Virus record (IMG/VR): IMGVR_UViG_3300046370_000603
Source of the DNA: a virus
Length of the DNA: 64,000 nt
Strand: one strand, 5' to 3'
Part shown: positions 19,563 to 28,561 of the stretch, piece after piece
How the letters are laid out: each line of letters begins with the position of its first letter
Numbering within the stretch: position 1 is the first letter of the stretch
Translations under genes and position numbers: made by a program
Notes under the pieces: model-generated
Database searches by the model: none
Told to the model about the DNA's origin: nothing
Seen by the model: the letters and a program-made list of their open reading frames with translations, nothing else

Positions 19563-19925
19563 GGGCGTGTACTGGATTCGATTTAAGTTGGATTAGTATA
19601 TTGCAAGTAGGAGTGCATCTGGCTCCTCAAAAAGATGCAAAAGTTTACATGGCAATAAGTCACGTATTCAAGCTTACTCGCCTCAAAGCGAGCAGCTTGC
19701 TTTAGCAGCTTAATTCTGCTACCTTACAACCTTTGACGCAGATAAAAGGATTGTGGGGTCATCTATCTGCAAAACAGATAAAAGTTTATCCATATCATAA
19801 ACTGCGAATAATTGAAATGGTTAGTTGGATGTTTATGTCATAACTTAAAAAAAAATAAACTAAACTTGTAGATGTATATTTTTGAAAATTTAAAGACGGG
19901 AGTTCGACTCTCCCCACGTCCACCA
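19563..19925 (+). ncRNA. ssrA: tmRNA; tag peptide (A)GNKSRIQAYSPQSEQLALAA at 19651-19713
   Basis: Acceptor stem GGGCGTG/CACGTCC-ACCA with G3:U wobble, GGATTCGA D-region, T-arm GGGAG-TTCGACT-CTCCC, pseudoknot GGAG/CTCC + TGCATCT/AGATGCA (19610-19639), tag ending LALAA-stop. Confidence 0.95.
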
Positions 19926-19932
19926 ATTTATT

Positions 19933-21213
19933 ATGAAAAATCACGAAATACACAGAAGAGAATTTATTGCTAGAGCTGCCAAATCTTATTTGGGAGTTGG
20001 CTTAATGCCATTGGTCGGATCATATATTCATGATAACGCTTACGCTTTAACACCAGGTTCTCGCCCCGCTAAAGCTCGCCATGTTATTTACTTAAACATG
20101 GCTGGAGCAATGTCGCATCTTGACACCTTTGACCCAAAGCCTCAAAGCCCTGATGTCCAAGGTCCAATTGAGTCTATCAAGACAACGGTTGATGATGTTT
20201 TTCTTTCTGAAAACTTGCCTACAGTTGCGAGGCATATGCATAATGCAGCCATTGTTCGCTCGGTGACAAGCAACCAAGGGGCTCATGAACAGGCTAGCTA
20301 TTTAATGCATACGAGTTATCAAAAGCGCGGAACAATTGTACACCCTACTTTTGGCAGCTGGGTTTCTAAGCTTTCTGGGTCAATAAATAGAAGTATTCCC
20401 ACTAATGTAAAGATTGGAGGAGGAGGAGGGGGAGCTGGCTTTTTAGAATCTCGTTACGGAGCTTTACCAATAAGAAATCCTAAGGCGGGGCTAGCAAACA
20501 GTTCAATGGCTGACTATTTAGATAGTTCACAATTTAACGATAGAATAAAAACAGCTGAGCAATTAAATTCTGTGTTTAGTGAGAGGTATAATCAAAAACA
20601 AATTCGTGCGTATACTGATTTATACAAAGACGCTGTAAAACTAATGCAAAGTGAAGATTTAAAAGCTTTCGATATTTCAGCTGAGCCACAAGCGATGACT
20701 GAGTTATATGGCGAAAGCAATTTCGGTCAGGGATGCTTACTAGCCAGAAGATTGATTGAAAATAAAGTGCGCTATGTAGAAGTTACTCGCGGAGGTTGGG
20801 ATACACATGATAATAACTTTGATCGCGTTGCGGCAAATTGCGTGGACATTGACAAGGCATTAGGAGCACTACTCTTTGATCTTGAACTCCGAGGTTTATT
20901 AAATGAGACGTTGGTAGTTTTAACATCTGAGTTTGGTCGCACACCAAAAATTAATCCAAGAGATGGTAGAGATCACTGGCCTAAAGCTTTCTCAGCTTTT
21001 TTTGCTGGGGGAGCTATCAAAGGCGGGACAATTTATGGTCAGAGCGACGACAAAGGAATGGAAGTTGACTTGAATCCAGTTAGACCTGAAGATTTAAATG
21101 CTACAATTGCATATGCCTTGGGTCTCTCTATAAATGACATTCATTATTCTCCATCTGGAAGACCGTTCCAAATAGCTCATAAAGGCACTCCTATTTTAGA
21201 AATTTTGTCTTAG
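19933..21213 (+). CDS. DUF1501-family protein with twin-arginine signal
   Basis: RREFI Tat motif, VIYLNMAGAMSHLDTFDPKP, FGQGCLLARRLIE, GWDTH, SEFGRTP, GRDHWP. Confidence 0.9.
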   Translation: MKNHEIHRREFIARAAKSYLGVGLMPLVGSYIHDNAYALTPGSRPAKARHVIYLNMAGAMSHLDTFDPKPQSPDVQGPIESIKTTVDDVFLSENLPTVARHMHNAAIVRSVTSNQGAHEQASYLMHTSYQKRGTIVHPTFGSWVSKLSGSINRSIPTNVKIGGGGGGAGFLESRYGALPIRNPKAGLANSSMADYLDSSQFNDRIKTAEQLNSVFSERYNQKQIRAYTDLYKDAVKLMQSEDLKAFDISAEPQAMTELYGESNFGQGCLLARRLIENKVRYVEVTRGGWDTHDNNFDRVAANCVDIDKALGALLFDLELRGLLNETLVVLTSEFGRTPKINPRDGRDHWPKAFSAFFAGGAIKGGTIYGQSDDKGMEVDLNPVRPEDLNATIAYALGLSINDIHYSPSGRPFQIAHKGTPILEILS

Positions 21214-21703
21214 GCATTAATTTATCTTTTAAATAAATTTTAGCCTCCTCAGCGTTTTTCCAATCTTCTACTATAACTTTCTGGTTGTCTAAATTTTTAT
21301 AATTTGCAAAAAAATCTTTAGTTTTTTCAAGAAATCTTGGGTAGATATCATCAATATCTTTAATACTTTTTTCTTTTACTGTAGTTGTGACAATTTTATT
21401 GTCAATGTATCCACAATCCATCATTCTTAACAAACCTAACGGTTTTAGTTTTACTAATGTTCCTGCCTCAATGTGAGGATCTGTATCTAGCATGACTATA
21501 TCTACAGGATCTCCATCTTCTGCTAAAGTAGAGGGGATAAATCCATAATTTGCGGGATATATCATAGAGTTACTAAGTTCTCTATCAAACTCTATCATAT
21601 TAAAATTTTCATTCAGCTCGCACTTAACATTAGATTCTTTTGGAATTTCTATTATTCCAAAAAAAGTTTCTGGATATTCTTTTGCCTGTAGATTTAATTT
21701 CAT
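21191..21703 (-). CDS. ppa: Family I inorganic pyrophosphatase
   Basis: IEIPK, YPANYGFIPST, DGDPVD, DNKIV, FFANYK. Confidence 0.93.
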   Translation of the reverse strand: MKLNLQAKEYPETFFGIIEIPKESNVKCELNENFNMIEFDRELSNSMIYPANYGFIPSTLAEDGDPVDIVMLDTDPHIEAGTLVKLKPLGLLRMMDCGYIDNKIVTTTVKEKSIKDIDDIYPRFLEKTKDFFANYKNLDNQKVIVEDWKNAEEAKIYLKDKLMPKTKFLK

Positions 21704-22086
21704 TAAAATATATTTGATTCAGGATCAAGTTTAACTGTGTCAAAAACCATCCCTTGATCCCTCTGCAAATTAATTCCAAGGGCTCTTGGAGTATTTAACT
21801 TAGGATCTTTATCATTAATTAAAATCCTTGCGCCCCTTTCAATACCCATTATGATCCTATCATATGGTATTTTATTTTTATTTAATTCATTAATTGTTAA
21901 GTCTCTAAGATCCTCAGGTCTAGCCGTTGTTAGAATGATCATGTGACCCTGATCCTTCCATGAGTTTAGTTTATTTAATACTCCTGGCAGCACTTCACAC
22001 TCTTCGGTTGTATAATTTGCAAATTGCCTATATTTGAATATAGTTCCATCTATATCACAAAAAATTGTATTATATTTTTTCATCAC
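21703..22086 (-). CDS. Small HAD-superfamily phosphatase
   Basis: CDIDGT motif I, ILTTAR motif II, LINDK. Confidence 0.8.
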   Translation of the reverse strand: MMKKYNTIFCDIDGTIFKYRQFANYTTEECEVLPGVLNKLNSWKDQGHMIILTTARPEDLRDLTINELNKNKIPYDRIIMGIERGARILINDKDPKLNTPRALGINLQRDQGMVFDTVKLDPESNIF

Positions 22087-22892
22087 TCAGGTCTTTTACC
22101 AGTAGGCTTTCCGTCTTGACCAATTTCCCCCGCTCTGATTTTTGTTGCGGATACAGCTTGTAGCTCTTTGCTTAATTCTAATTGTTCTATATTGTAACCT
22201 ACTCCTCTTCCATAAAATACATCAGTAATATTTGGAAGCTCTACTACTTTAATTTTATCTCCAAATTCTACGCATGCTGAGTATATCTCTTGCTTTACTT
22301 TCTCAAAATTATATGGATTTTTCTCATCAATACCTGCTACATCTCTTAAAGCTATACAACACTGTCCTGTACGCTCTACAGCTTCTTTTACTAAAGTTTT
22401 ATGACCAATATGAAAAGGTTGATACCTTCCTATGAGTAAAGCTGTGGGCGCTTGATTATCCCACTGCTCGGTTTCGTTTAATTTTTTAATGACTTGCTCA
22501 GCCCATTCTTCAGGACTGCCATCTATCAGCCTAATGTCGTATTCCAAAGGTTTTTCAAACATTTTATTTGTATCTTCATATCTACCTTCTTGAATTCTGT
22601 CAACCCATACCACAAAGTCTGCATTAAAAGCTTCGCGAGTTTCCTGAACAGGACATACAAAGTCTGCCACAACATAGTTCCCTCCGATTTTAGCCCAATC
22701 GCAGAGCTTCCCCATTCTAGTAGCATGTTTTATTCTATCTTCATAATCAAACCCTAATTCAGTATAAATGTCTTGCCTTACAGCATCTGCATTAAACCAT
22801 GCGGCGTTTAATTTGCTCACTAGAATTTCTGCCAAAGTTGTTTTTCCAGAACCTGGCAATCCCATTATTAATATTTTTCTTTTTGTTTTCAT
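22083..22892 (-). CDS. Adenylylsulfate-kinase-like domain fused to a HIGH-motif nucleotidyltransferase
   Basis: GLPGSGKTT, ADAVR, LGFxxEDR, FVCP (CysC-like); GRYQPFHIGH and SATKIR (HIGH superfamily). Confidence 0.8.
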   Translation of the reverse strand: MKTKRKILIMGLPGSGKTTLAEILVSKLNAAWFNADAVRQDIYTELGFDYEDRIKHATRMGKLCDWAKIGGNYVVADFVCPVQETREAFNADFVVWVDRIQEGRYEDTNKMFEKPLEYDIRLIDGSPEEWAEQVIKKLNETEQWDNQAPTALLIGRYQPFHIGHKTLVKEAVERTGQCCIALRDVAGIDEKNPYNFEKVKQEIYSACVEFGDKIKVVELPNITDVFYGRGVGYNIEQLELSKELQAVSATKIRAGEIGQDGKPTGKRPE

Positions 22893-22896
22893 TTAT

Positions 22897-22937
22897 GTGT
22901 AATAATTTATTATAAAAATAATCCCTCAAAATTACAC
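22897..22937. promoter_or_regulatory. Face-to-face pair of GTGTAAT motifs at a strand switch
   Basis: gtgtaat at 22897-22903 (+) and attacac at 22931-22937 (-) lie between divergent genes. Confidence 0.5.
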
Positions 22938-22955
22938 CTTTTATTTTATTATAGA

Positions 22956-23123
22956 ATGAAAAATTCAAAACCACTGTGTAAAAAACAATATAAAACAACA
23001 GAAGCTCAGCGAAAAGCTCAAAAAAAATATGATGAGTCAGATTTAGCTCGGCGCAGAGCGCAAAAAAGAGACTATATGCGCCGAAAGAGATCTGAAAATC
23101 CAAACTATTGCAAATGGAAATGA
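22956..23123 (+). CDS. 55-aa basic protein, not in the ORF track
   Basis: MKNSKPLCKKQYKTTEAQRKAQKKYDESDLARRRAQKRDYMRRKRSENPNYCKWK. Confidence 0.55.
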   Translation: MKNSKPLCKKQYKTTEAQRKAQKKYDESDLARRRAQKRDYMRRKRSENPNYCKWK

Positions 23124-23162
23124 CTTGACTTCTTTATATTTTCGTGATAAACTGTGTTTATT

Positions 23163-24230
23163 ATGAAAAAACGCGGAAGAAAAGCAACGAATTGCCAAAA
23201 AGCTTTTAGGAAAAAAACTTTTTCTTTTTCTCAGTATTGGCTTATGTATTATACAGAGCGCTACGAAGATGGTACTGAAAAAGATTATGCAACTTTTATC
23301 AAGGCCCGTTCTTATCTTATAGCTAAAACTATTCTTATTGAGAAAAGTAAAGAAGACTCTTTAAATGTAAAAGTGAAAGCGGTATTAGGATACATGCTTC
23401 ATAAACAATACAAACATACAAATACCAACAAACTATTATCTGTTTCTGACTGGGAAAATATCCGCCGATCAGCTTTCCCAAACGTTAATAATTTTTTATT
23501 TAAAAAAAATCTACCTCGACCTGAGGGTTACACAAATAGATTCAATAAATCTAGCGCAAAAGACTGCGAGAATATAGGTTTTAAAAGAGGTGCTCAAAAT
23601 TGGGCTCGACAAAATCGCAAAGGAGTTTGCAAAAAACTTAATGAAAGAAAAGGTCTTGTTTGGAATGGTGGCGAATGGGTTAAATGGGACAAGGAAGAAA
23701 TGCGTCGAACAAAAAATCAAATTATTAACGCTTTAGTTGTAAATAATAATAGCCGCAAGAAAGCTGCTGAACACCTTAAGATTGGTCGATCAACTTTATA
23801 TAAGTTAATGGCTAGATGCGAAACCAGAGACTGGTGGAACACTGAATACCCATTTGAAAAACCTACACCGCCCAGAGTGTCTAAAGAGCAGCGTTCGGCA
23901 GCGCAAAAAAAAGTCATGGAACAAAGGAGGCAAAACGGAGTTCCTTTTTTTGATAAAAGTCTAGAAGCTGAAGCTAAAAGGATTAAAAATTTAAGGAAAG
24001 CCAAAGCTGAATCTAGAGATATTTATAGAAAATCTTTAATCCCTAAAATTAAAAAAGCTCTTCTGGCAAACGGTAATGTTCGAACCAAAGCTGCTGCAAG
24101 CTTAGGCGTAAAAGATGCTACATTCAAACGATGGATGGACAGAACTAAATCTTTTGTAAATTGGTCGAAAGAATATCCAAGTTCATATAATAATGACGGT
24201 AAATTAACATGGAAAACAGTAAACAAGTAA
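23163..24230 (+). CDS. Basic protein with two Fis-type HTH domains
   Basis: NSRKKAAEHLKIGRSTLYKLM and NVRTKAAASLGVKDATFKRWM; promoter TTGACT(23125)-17-TAAACT(23148) favours ATG 23163. Confidence 0.7.
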   Translation: MKKRGRKATNCQKAFRKKTFSFSQYWLMYYTERYEDGTEKDYATFIKARSYLIAKTILIEKSKEDSLNVKVKAVLGYMLHKQYKHTNTNKLLSVSDWENIRRSAFPNVNNFLFKKNLPRPEGYTNRFNKSSAKDCENIGFKRGAQNWARQNRKGVCKKLNERKGLVWNGGEWVKWDKEEMRRTKNQIINALVVNNNSRKKAAEHLKIGRSTLYKLMARCETRDWWNTEYPFEKPTPPRVSKEQRSAAQKKVMEQRRQNGVPFFDKSLEAEAKRIKNLRKAKAESRDIYRKSLIPKIKKALLANGNVRTKAAASLGVKDATFKRWMDRTKSFVNWSKEYPSSYNNDGKLTWKTVNK

Positions 24231-25255
24231 ATTGTAAAAACTCAGATTTGTTTGATCAATATCTCATTGAGTTTCAAGAAGATATTAAAAGAATAGTTGG
24301 GAAGTTTAAAAAAAGTTTTCACGCTCTTTCTGACGAAGAAATTTACAGTGAATGCAACTTACATTTATTAAAAAATAAAGAGAAGATATTAAATTCTTTT
24401 CCTAGTGACCAAGATTTTAACCAATCAGAGTTTAAGAAAATAGCTTATCATTATGTAAAAAATGAAGCTGTCTGGGCGCATTATAGATTCACTAATAAAT
24501 CATACAACCGTCGCAAACTTGATGGATACACAGAGACCGAAGATGGAACTAAAACTGTTTTTGAAGCAGCTATTGAAACTCAAGGTGAAGAGAATAAAGA
24601 ACTTGATAATGATGAAATTTATTTTCAATCGAATTCAAAACAATTTTTTCATGTGCTCACTAAATACTGTTACCTTTTAACAGAAAAAGAGTGCAAGCTT
24701 TTATCTTTTTATCAAAAAGGTCTTAGTCAAGTGAAAATCTCTGAAGAGCTTGAAGTAACCCATCAAGCAATCTCAACAATGTTTCTTGGGATACAAGAAA
24801 AACTAAATCATTTTTTTGATGCCAAAGAAGTTCTTCAAGGAGGTAATTCCAATGACATTTCCAAAGGGAAGCAATCTATGAATAGTTTTTTTGATCAAGG
24901 CTTAGATAATCCTGTGATACATAGCTCTGATAAAAAAAAGATTAAAAAATTTATATTAAAAAACCCTAGAACTTATTCGGGGCAAGAAATTAATAAAATA
25001 TTATTTAATAATAAATATAGCATGCCAAAAATTAGCGGGGCGATAAGAAGTTTGAAACTAACACCTTTAGTTACTTCTATCAATCGCCCTTTTACTGAAG
25101 CTCAAAAGCTTCTCATGCTTAAATTATTTAAAAAAGGGAACTCTATACTTTCTGTTTCAAAAAAAATTGGAGCGCCATTAAATTCTTGCCAAAGAATGCG
25201 TGGAGAATTTGTTAAGAAAGGCCTTTTAACTCCTCTCAGAAAATCAAAATCTTAA
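24209..25255 (+). CDS. sigma70-family factor-like protein with an extra C-terminal HTH
   Basis: Region-2-like N-terminus; region 4 LTEKECKLL...GLSQVKISEELEVTHQAIS; further HTH FTEAQK...GNSILSVSKKIG. Confidence 0.65.
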   Translation: MENSKQVNCKNSDLFDQYLIEFQEDIKRIVGKFKKSFHALSDEEIYSECNLHLLKNKEKILNSFPSDQDFNQSEFKKIAYHYVKNEAVWAHYRFTNKSYNRRKLDGYTETEDGTKTVFEAAIETQGEENKELDNDEIYFQSNSKQFFHVLTKYCYLLTEKECKLLSFYQKGLSQVKISEELEVTHQAISTMFLGIQEKLNHFFDAKEVLQGGNSNDISKGKQSMNSFFDQGLDNPVIHSSDKKKIKKFILKNPRTYSGQEINKILFNNKYSMPKISGAIRSLKLTPLVTSINRPFTEAQKLLMLKLFKKGNSILSVSKKIGAPLNSCQRMRGEFVKKGLLTPLRKSKS

Positions 25256-25297
25256 AAAAAAATATTCAGCAAACCTGAATACAGTGGACTATACTTT

Positions 25298-25837
25298 ATG
25301 AAAAATCTTTTATATAAAACTCGCACCTACTTAGTCGGTCATATGCAATATCTTAGCGGCAGAGATTGGAGAAAAGAAGTTACCGATAAACTTTCGTCGT
25401 TAAATATTACTTGCTTTAATCCTTACGAAAAGCCTTTCATGAAAGACGTTGAAGAAGATGAAACTTCCCGTCGAGAGATGGAAACTTGGATGAAAACAAA
25501 ACAATATGACAGAGTTACAGATAAAATGAAAATGGTTCGAGCTTATGACTTAAACTTGGTAGATAGGAGCGATTTTATTATTGCGCATCTTGTTCCTGAT
25601 GTAGCTAGCTGGGGAAGTGCTGAAGAAATTGTTACAGCCGTTAGAGAAAAAAAACCAATCTTCATAAGCATGGAAGGGGGTAAAGCTAAAACACCCTTGT
25701 GGATGCTCGGTATGCTACCTCATAAATATATTTATAATAGTCTTGACGAAGTTGTTGAAATGTTGTATGCTATAGATAATGGCAGCAAACCAATTGATTC
25801 AGATAGATGGAGATTATTGAGAAAGGAATATAGATAA
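25298..25837 (+). CDS. Nucleoside 2-deoxyribosyltransferase/N-hydrolase-like protein
   Basis: YLVGHM...DWR...FNPY...DLNLVDRSDFII...WGSAEE. Confidence 0.75.
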   Translation: MKNLLYKTRTYLVGHMQYLSGRDWRKEVTDKLSSLNITCFNPYEKPFMKDVEEDETSRREMETWMKTKQYDRVTDKMKMVRAYDLNLVDRSDFIIAHLVPDVASWGSAEEIVTAVREKKPIFISMEGGKAKTPLWMLGMLPHKYIYNSLDEVVEMLYAIDNGSKPIDSDRWRLLRKEYR

Positions 25838-25905
25838 TGGAAATTTTACAACTAATTGTTTATTTTATTTTTTGTTACGGATTTTACGCTAATTTCATGT
25901 CATGA
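25837..25905 (+). CDS. 22-aa hydrophobic micropeptide (MEILQLIVYFIFCYGFYANFMS)
   Basis: TAATG-coupled to the upstream gene and ATGA-coupled to the downstream gene. Confidence 0.55.
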   Translation: MEILQLIVYFIFCYGFYANFMS

Positions 25906-26150
25906 TTATTATTGATAAAACTGATAATTACAACTTTCGCTTTGGTTTTAATCAAACTCAAGACTATATTATTAATTCTTTAGAAGTTTTATTTATTGAA
26001 GCTCATGGTCAATCTTTATATAATAAATGTAGTTTAATTATCTTGGTTCAAAATGAAAATTTTTATCACGTCATTAGAAACAAACATAAAGTCAGAATTA
26101 GCGGTGAATTACTTTCTAATCTTTGTTCTGATGTAGAATCTCATTTATAA
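25902..26150 (+). CDS. Hypothetical protein
   Basis: ORF track. Confidence 0.5.
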   Translation: MIIIDKTDNYNFRFGFNQTQDYIINSLEVLFIEAHGQSLYNKCSLIILVQNENFYHVIRNKHKVRISGELLSNLCSDVESHL

Positions 26151-26203
26151 ATTTTGAAAATTTCGTTATAATATATAATATATAGATTATAGCATCTTCA
26201 CAC

Positions 26204-26368
26204 ATGAACAAATCTAAATTAAAACAAATAAAAGATATAATGGGCTACCAAGGTCTACCAGAGCAAAAAAGACTGCTTCGACGGTTTAAAAAATCCTACG
26301 CTGCTCTTAGCGCGGAAGATAAAATTAAAATAATTTCTGAACTTAAACAAAAGTTTAATAGAATATAG
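26204..26368 (+). CDS. 54-aa basic hypothetical protein, not in the ORF track
   Basis: MNKSKLKQIKDIMGYQGLPEQKRLLRRFKKSY...FNRI fills the gap. Confidence 0.55.
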   Translation: MNKSKLKQIKDIMGYQGLPEQKRLLRRFKKSYAALSAEDKIKIISELKQKFNRI

Positions 26369-26424
26369 CCAGCATTTATTTATTATAAAATAAATCATCA
26401 ATATAACACAAAAAATATAATATC

Positions 26425-26787
26425 ATGGAAGAGACAAATAAAACTCAAGAGTCTAACAACGAATGGAAAGAGCGCGAATTAGGAGCTCTTTGGAAAAAAT
26501 CTGGAAAAACTCAAAATTATTTTTCAGGTAAAATAAATATCTCAAAACTTGCAGACGAAGATGGTTTTGTCAATATTGTTGGATTTTCAAATAAAAGAAA
26601 AAGTGAAAACCCTAATGCTCCTGATGTAATAATTTATTTTTCTCCATCAGTTTCTGACGGACTATCTCTAGATGACAATAAAGTTGTTGCTAAAGAAAAT
26701 TCTTCTAATAATGTAAATGCGGTTGAAAGCTCTACCACTGAACAGACTTCAGAACCTGCAGGGATTGATGATGAAACCCCATTTTAA
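26425..26787 (+). CDS. DUF736-like protein, candidate single-stranded DNA-binding protein
   Basis: LGALWKK...YFSGKI...NKRK..NPNAPD core, disordered linker, acidic tip DDETPF. Confidence 0.6.
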   Translation: MEETNKTQESNNEWKERELGALWKKSGKTQNYFSGKINISKLADEDGFVNIVGFSNKRKSENPNAPDVIIYFSPSVSDGLSLDDNKVVAKENSSNNVNAVESSTTEQTSEPAGIDDETPF

Positions 26788-26792
26788 TTTCT

Positions 26793-26975
26793 ATGGAGCA
26801 AGCCGTTTATATTATCCTGCGAAATGGTAGGAAAGCTGAACCTAATTTTTATTTAAGTAAGGACACCGCGCTCTCAAACATTCGAAAAATGCAAGAAGCT
26901 TTTTCTACTTGGGACAGCAACTCTAAAAACAATTTTACTTTAGTAAAAACTAAAAAACCTCATCAGTTTCTTTAA
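26793..26975 (+). CDS. Hypothetical protein
   Basis: ORF track. Confidence 0.55.
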   Translation: MEQAVYIILRNGRKAEPNFYLSKDTALSNIRKMQEAFSTWDSNSKNNFTLVKTKKPHQFL

Positions 26976-27455
26976 TTGAATAAATCCTCATCAAAGTCTT
27001 TAGATAAATTTAAAACTTTTGCTAAGAGCAAAGGTTTTAAAATAAAACTTCCAACTAAAAATCAATATTCAAGTTTTATTGATTTATTTTTGTTGGGCAA
27101 ATCGCCTGATTCGAGCCCAAGCTCTAGATCGCTATGCTTTAAGGCTTTTTCTGGAAAAAAAAGCAATAAATGGGTTTGGGTTGAAATTAAAAATTTTAAA
27201 GGTAAACCAGGTTGGCTTTACGGCTCGGCTGATTTTATTGTTTTTGAGTCTCCCACTCAGTACATTTTTTGTCCAAGAAAAAAGCTTGTTGATTTTGTTC
27301 ACTCTAAAATAGATTTCTCAAAATCCATTGTAGCTAATCCTTGGGAAGCAAAATACCAATTATTTCAAAGGGAAAATCATTTTGATGAAATAACTCAAGT
27401 TAATTTAGTAGATCTAATAGTGTTGCCCGAAACAACCACATGGAATAAATCATGA
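26976..27455 (+). CDS. PD-(D/E)xK-like protein, paralog of 44974-45426
   Basis: WVEIKNFKGKPGWLYGSADFIVFE. Confidence 0.6.
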   Translation: MNKSSSKSLDKFKTFAKSKGFKIKLPTKNQYSSFIDLFLLGKSPDSSPSSRSLCFKAFSGKKSNKWVWVEIKNFKGKPGWLYGSADFIVFESPTQYIFCPRKKLVDFVHSKIDFSKSIVANPWEAKYQLFQRENHFDEITQVNLVDLIVLPETTTWNKS

Positions 27456-27787
27456 ATCAAAAACAGATAGACTTTGCATTAATAACTAGCAACTCTTTAA
27501 TGGGTAAAATTCCTTCTTGGGAATCGTATCAGTCAATGAGTGAAGATCAGTACCTTGATTTAATAGATTACTCAAAAGAATTAATTGCTTCCGATGCAGA
27601 TCATCGCATTACTTTTTTAGTAATTGCTGAAGGTGTTGATGCTGTAGAAGAGCAAGAGGAAGAAGAGAAGACTGAACTTGTTAGCCAGAAAGAGCAACTA
27701 GAAAACGAAAAATTAGAACAGTCAAAACTTAAAGAGTCATTGAGGAATAAATCCAGGTCTATATTAAACTCGATCTACGGTATTTAA
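27452..27787 (+). CDS. Hypothetical protein
   Basis: ATGA-coupled ORF. Confidence 0.6.
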   Translation: MNQKQIDFALITSNSLMGKIPSWESYQSMSEDQYLDLIDYSKELIASDADHRITFLVIAEGVDAVEEQEEEEKTELVSQKEQLENEKLEQSKLKESLRNKSRSILNSIYGI

Positions 27788-27825
27788 AACTTGACAAACT
27801 CTCTTTTTTAAAATAATATAATATC

Positions 27826-28041
27826 ATGTCAGAGAATAAAAAAGTCAGTTCAGCGATTGATGGTTTTCGCAAGCATCAATGCAAGCAGGGTGGAAGCTGC
27901 AAAACAGATTCAATTTTTAACTCAGTCAATTCTCATGGAAAGGGCGATTCGCCAAGAAAAGTAACGAAAAACTTTGAAAAAAACTTTGAAGATATTTTTC
28001 CTAACTCATTTAAACCTAGCTGGTCAAAACATTCAAAATGA
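27826..28041 (+). CDS. Hypothetical protein, leaderless
   Basis: TTGACA(27791)-17-TAATAT-6 nt-ATG; GKGDSPR motif. Confidence 0.6.
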   Translation: MSENKKVSSAIDGFRKHQCKQGGSCKTDSIFNSVNSHGKGDSPRKVTKNFEKNFEDIFPNSFKPSWSKHSK

Positions 28042-28358
28042 AAGATCTTATCGCTCAATACTCACTTGTACTTTCTTCGAACTCTAAAGAAGTTTTATAC
28101 AAAGCTCATCAAGATTTACTCAATTCCGATTTTTTAGTTTCATCAAATTTTAAACCTAAATTTCACAAAGATATCTTATTGCACTCTTGCGAGGTTCTTG
28201 TTTCTATTTCTGAGACTAAAAATTATGTTTTTAGTGATTTCTTAGATAATTTTTTAGATAATCATGATAGCCTTACATTGAGTTCTGCGTTCACTGATTC
28301 TCATGGCAAGGGCGTTTTAGAGCCAGACCTGACAAAAACATATATAACCACTTATTAA
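28038..28358 (+). CDS. Hypothetical protein
   Basis: ATGA-coupled ORF. Confidence 0.55.
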   Translation: MKDLIAQYSLVLSSNSKEVLYKAHQDLLNSDFLVSSNFKPKFHKDILLHSCEVLVSISETKNYVFSDFLDNFLDNHDSLTLSSAFTDSHGKGVLEPDLTKTYITTY

Positions 28359-28360
28359 TT

Positions 28361-28561
28361 ATGATGATATTAAATTTTTCTTTAAATAAATTTTTGCCTT
28401 TTATTATACTAACATGTTTATCTTTTCACAGTTTAGGCTTTGAAAGATTTGAGCCTTATATTATTATCGCGCTATCGATTTTCATTGGACACTTTAACTT
28501 CAAAGCTGGTTACGCTGTTGCTTATTGTGAAAAAAATAATATAGATTTAAATGTTGAATAA
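28361..28561 (+). CDS. Small membrane protein
   Basis: Two hydrophobic segments. Confidence 0.55.
   Translation: MMILNFSLNKFLPFIILTCLSFHSLGFERFEPYIIIALSIFIGHFNFKAGYAVAYCEKNNIDLNVE

Noticed and set aside
22494-23103. Track ORFs 22494-22757, 22526-22726 and 22792-23103
   Set aside because: They overlap better-supported genes in other frames or on the opposite strand.
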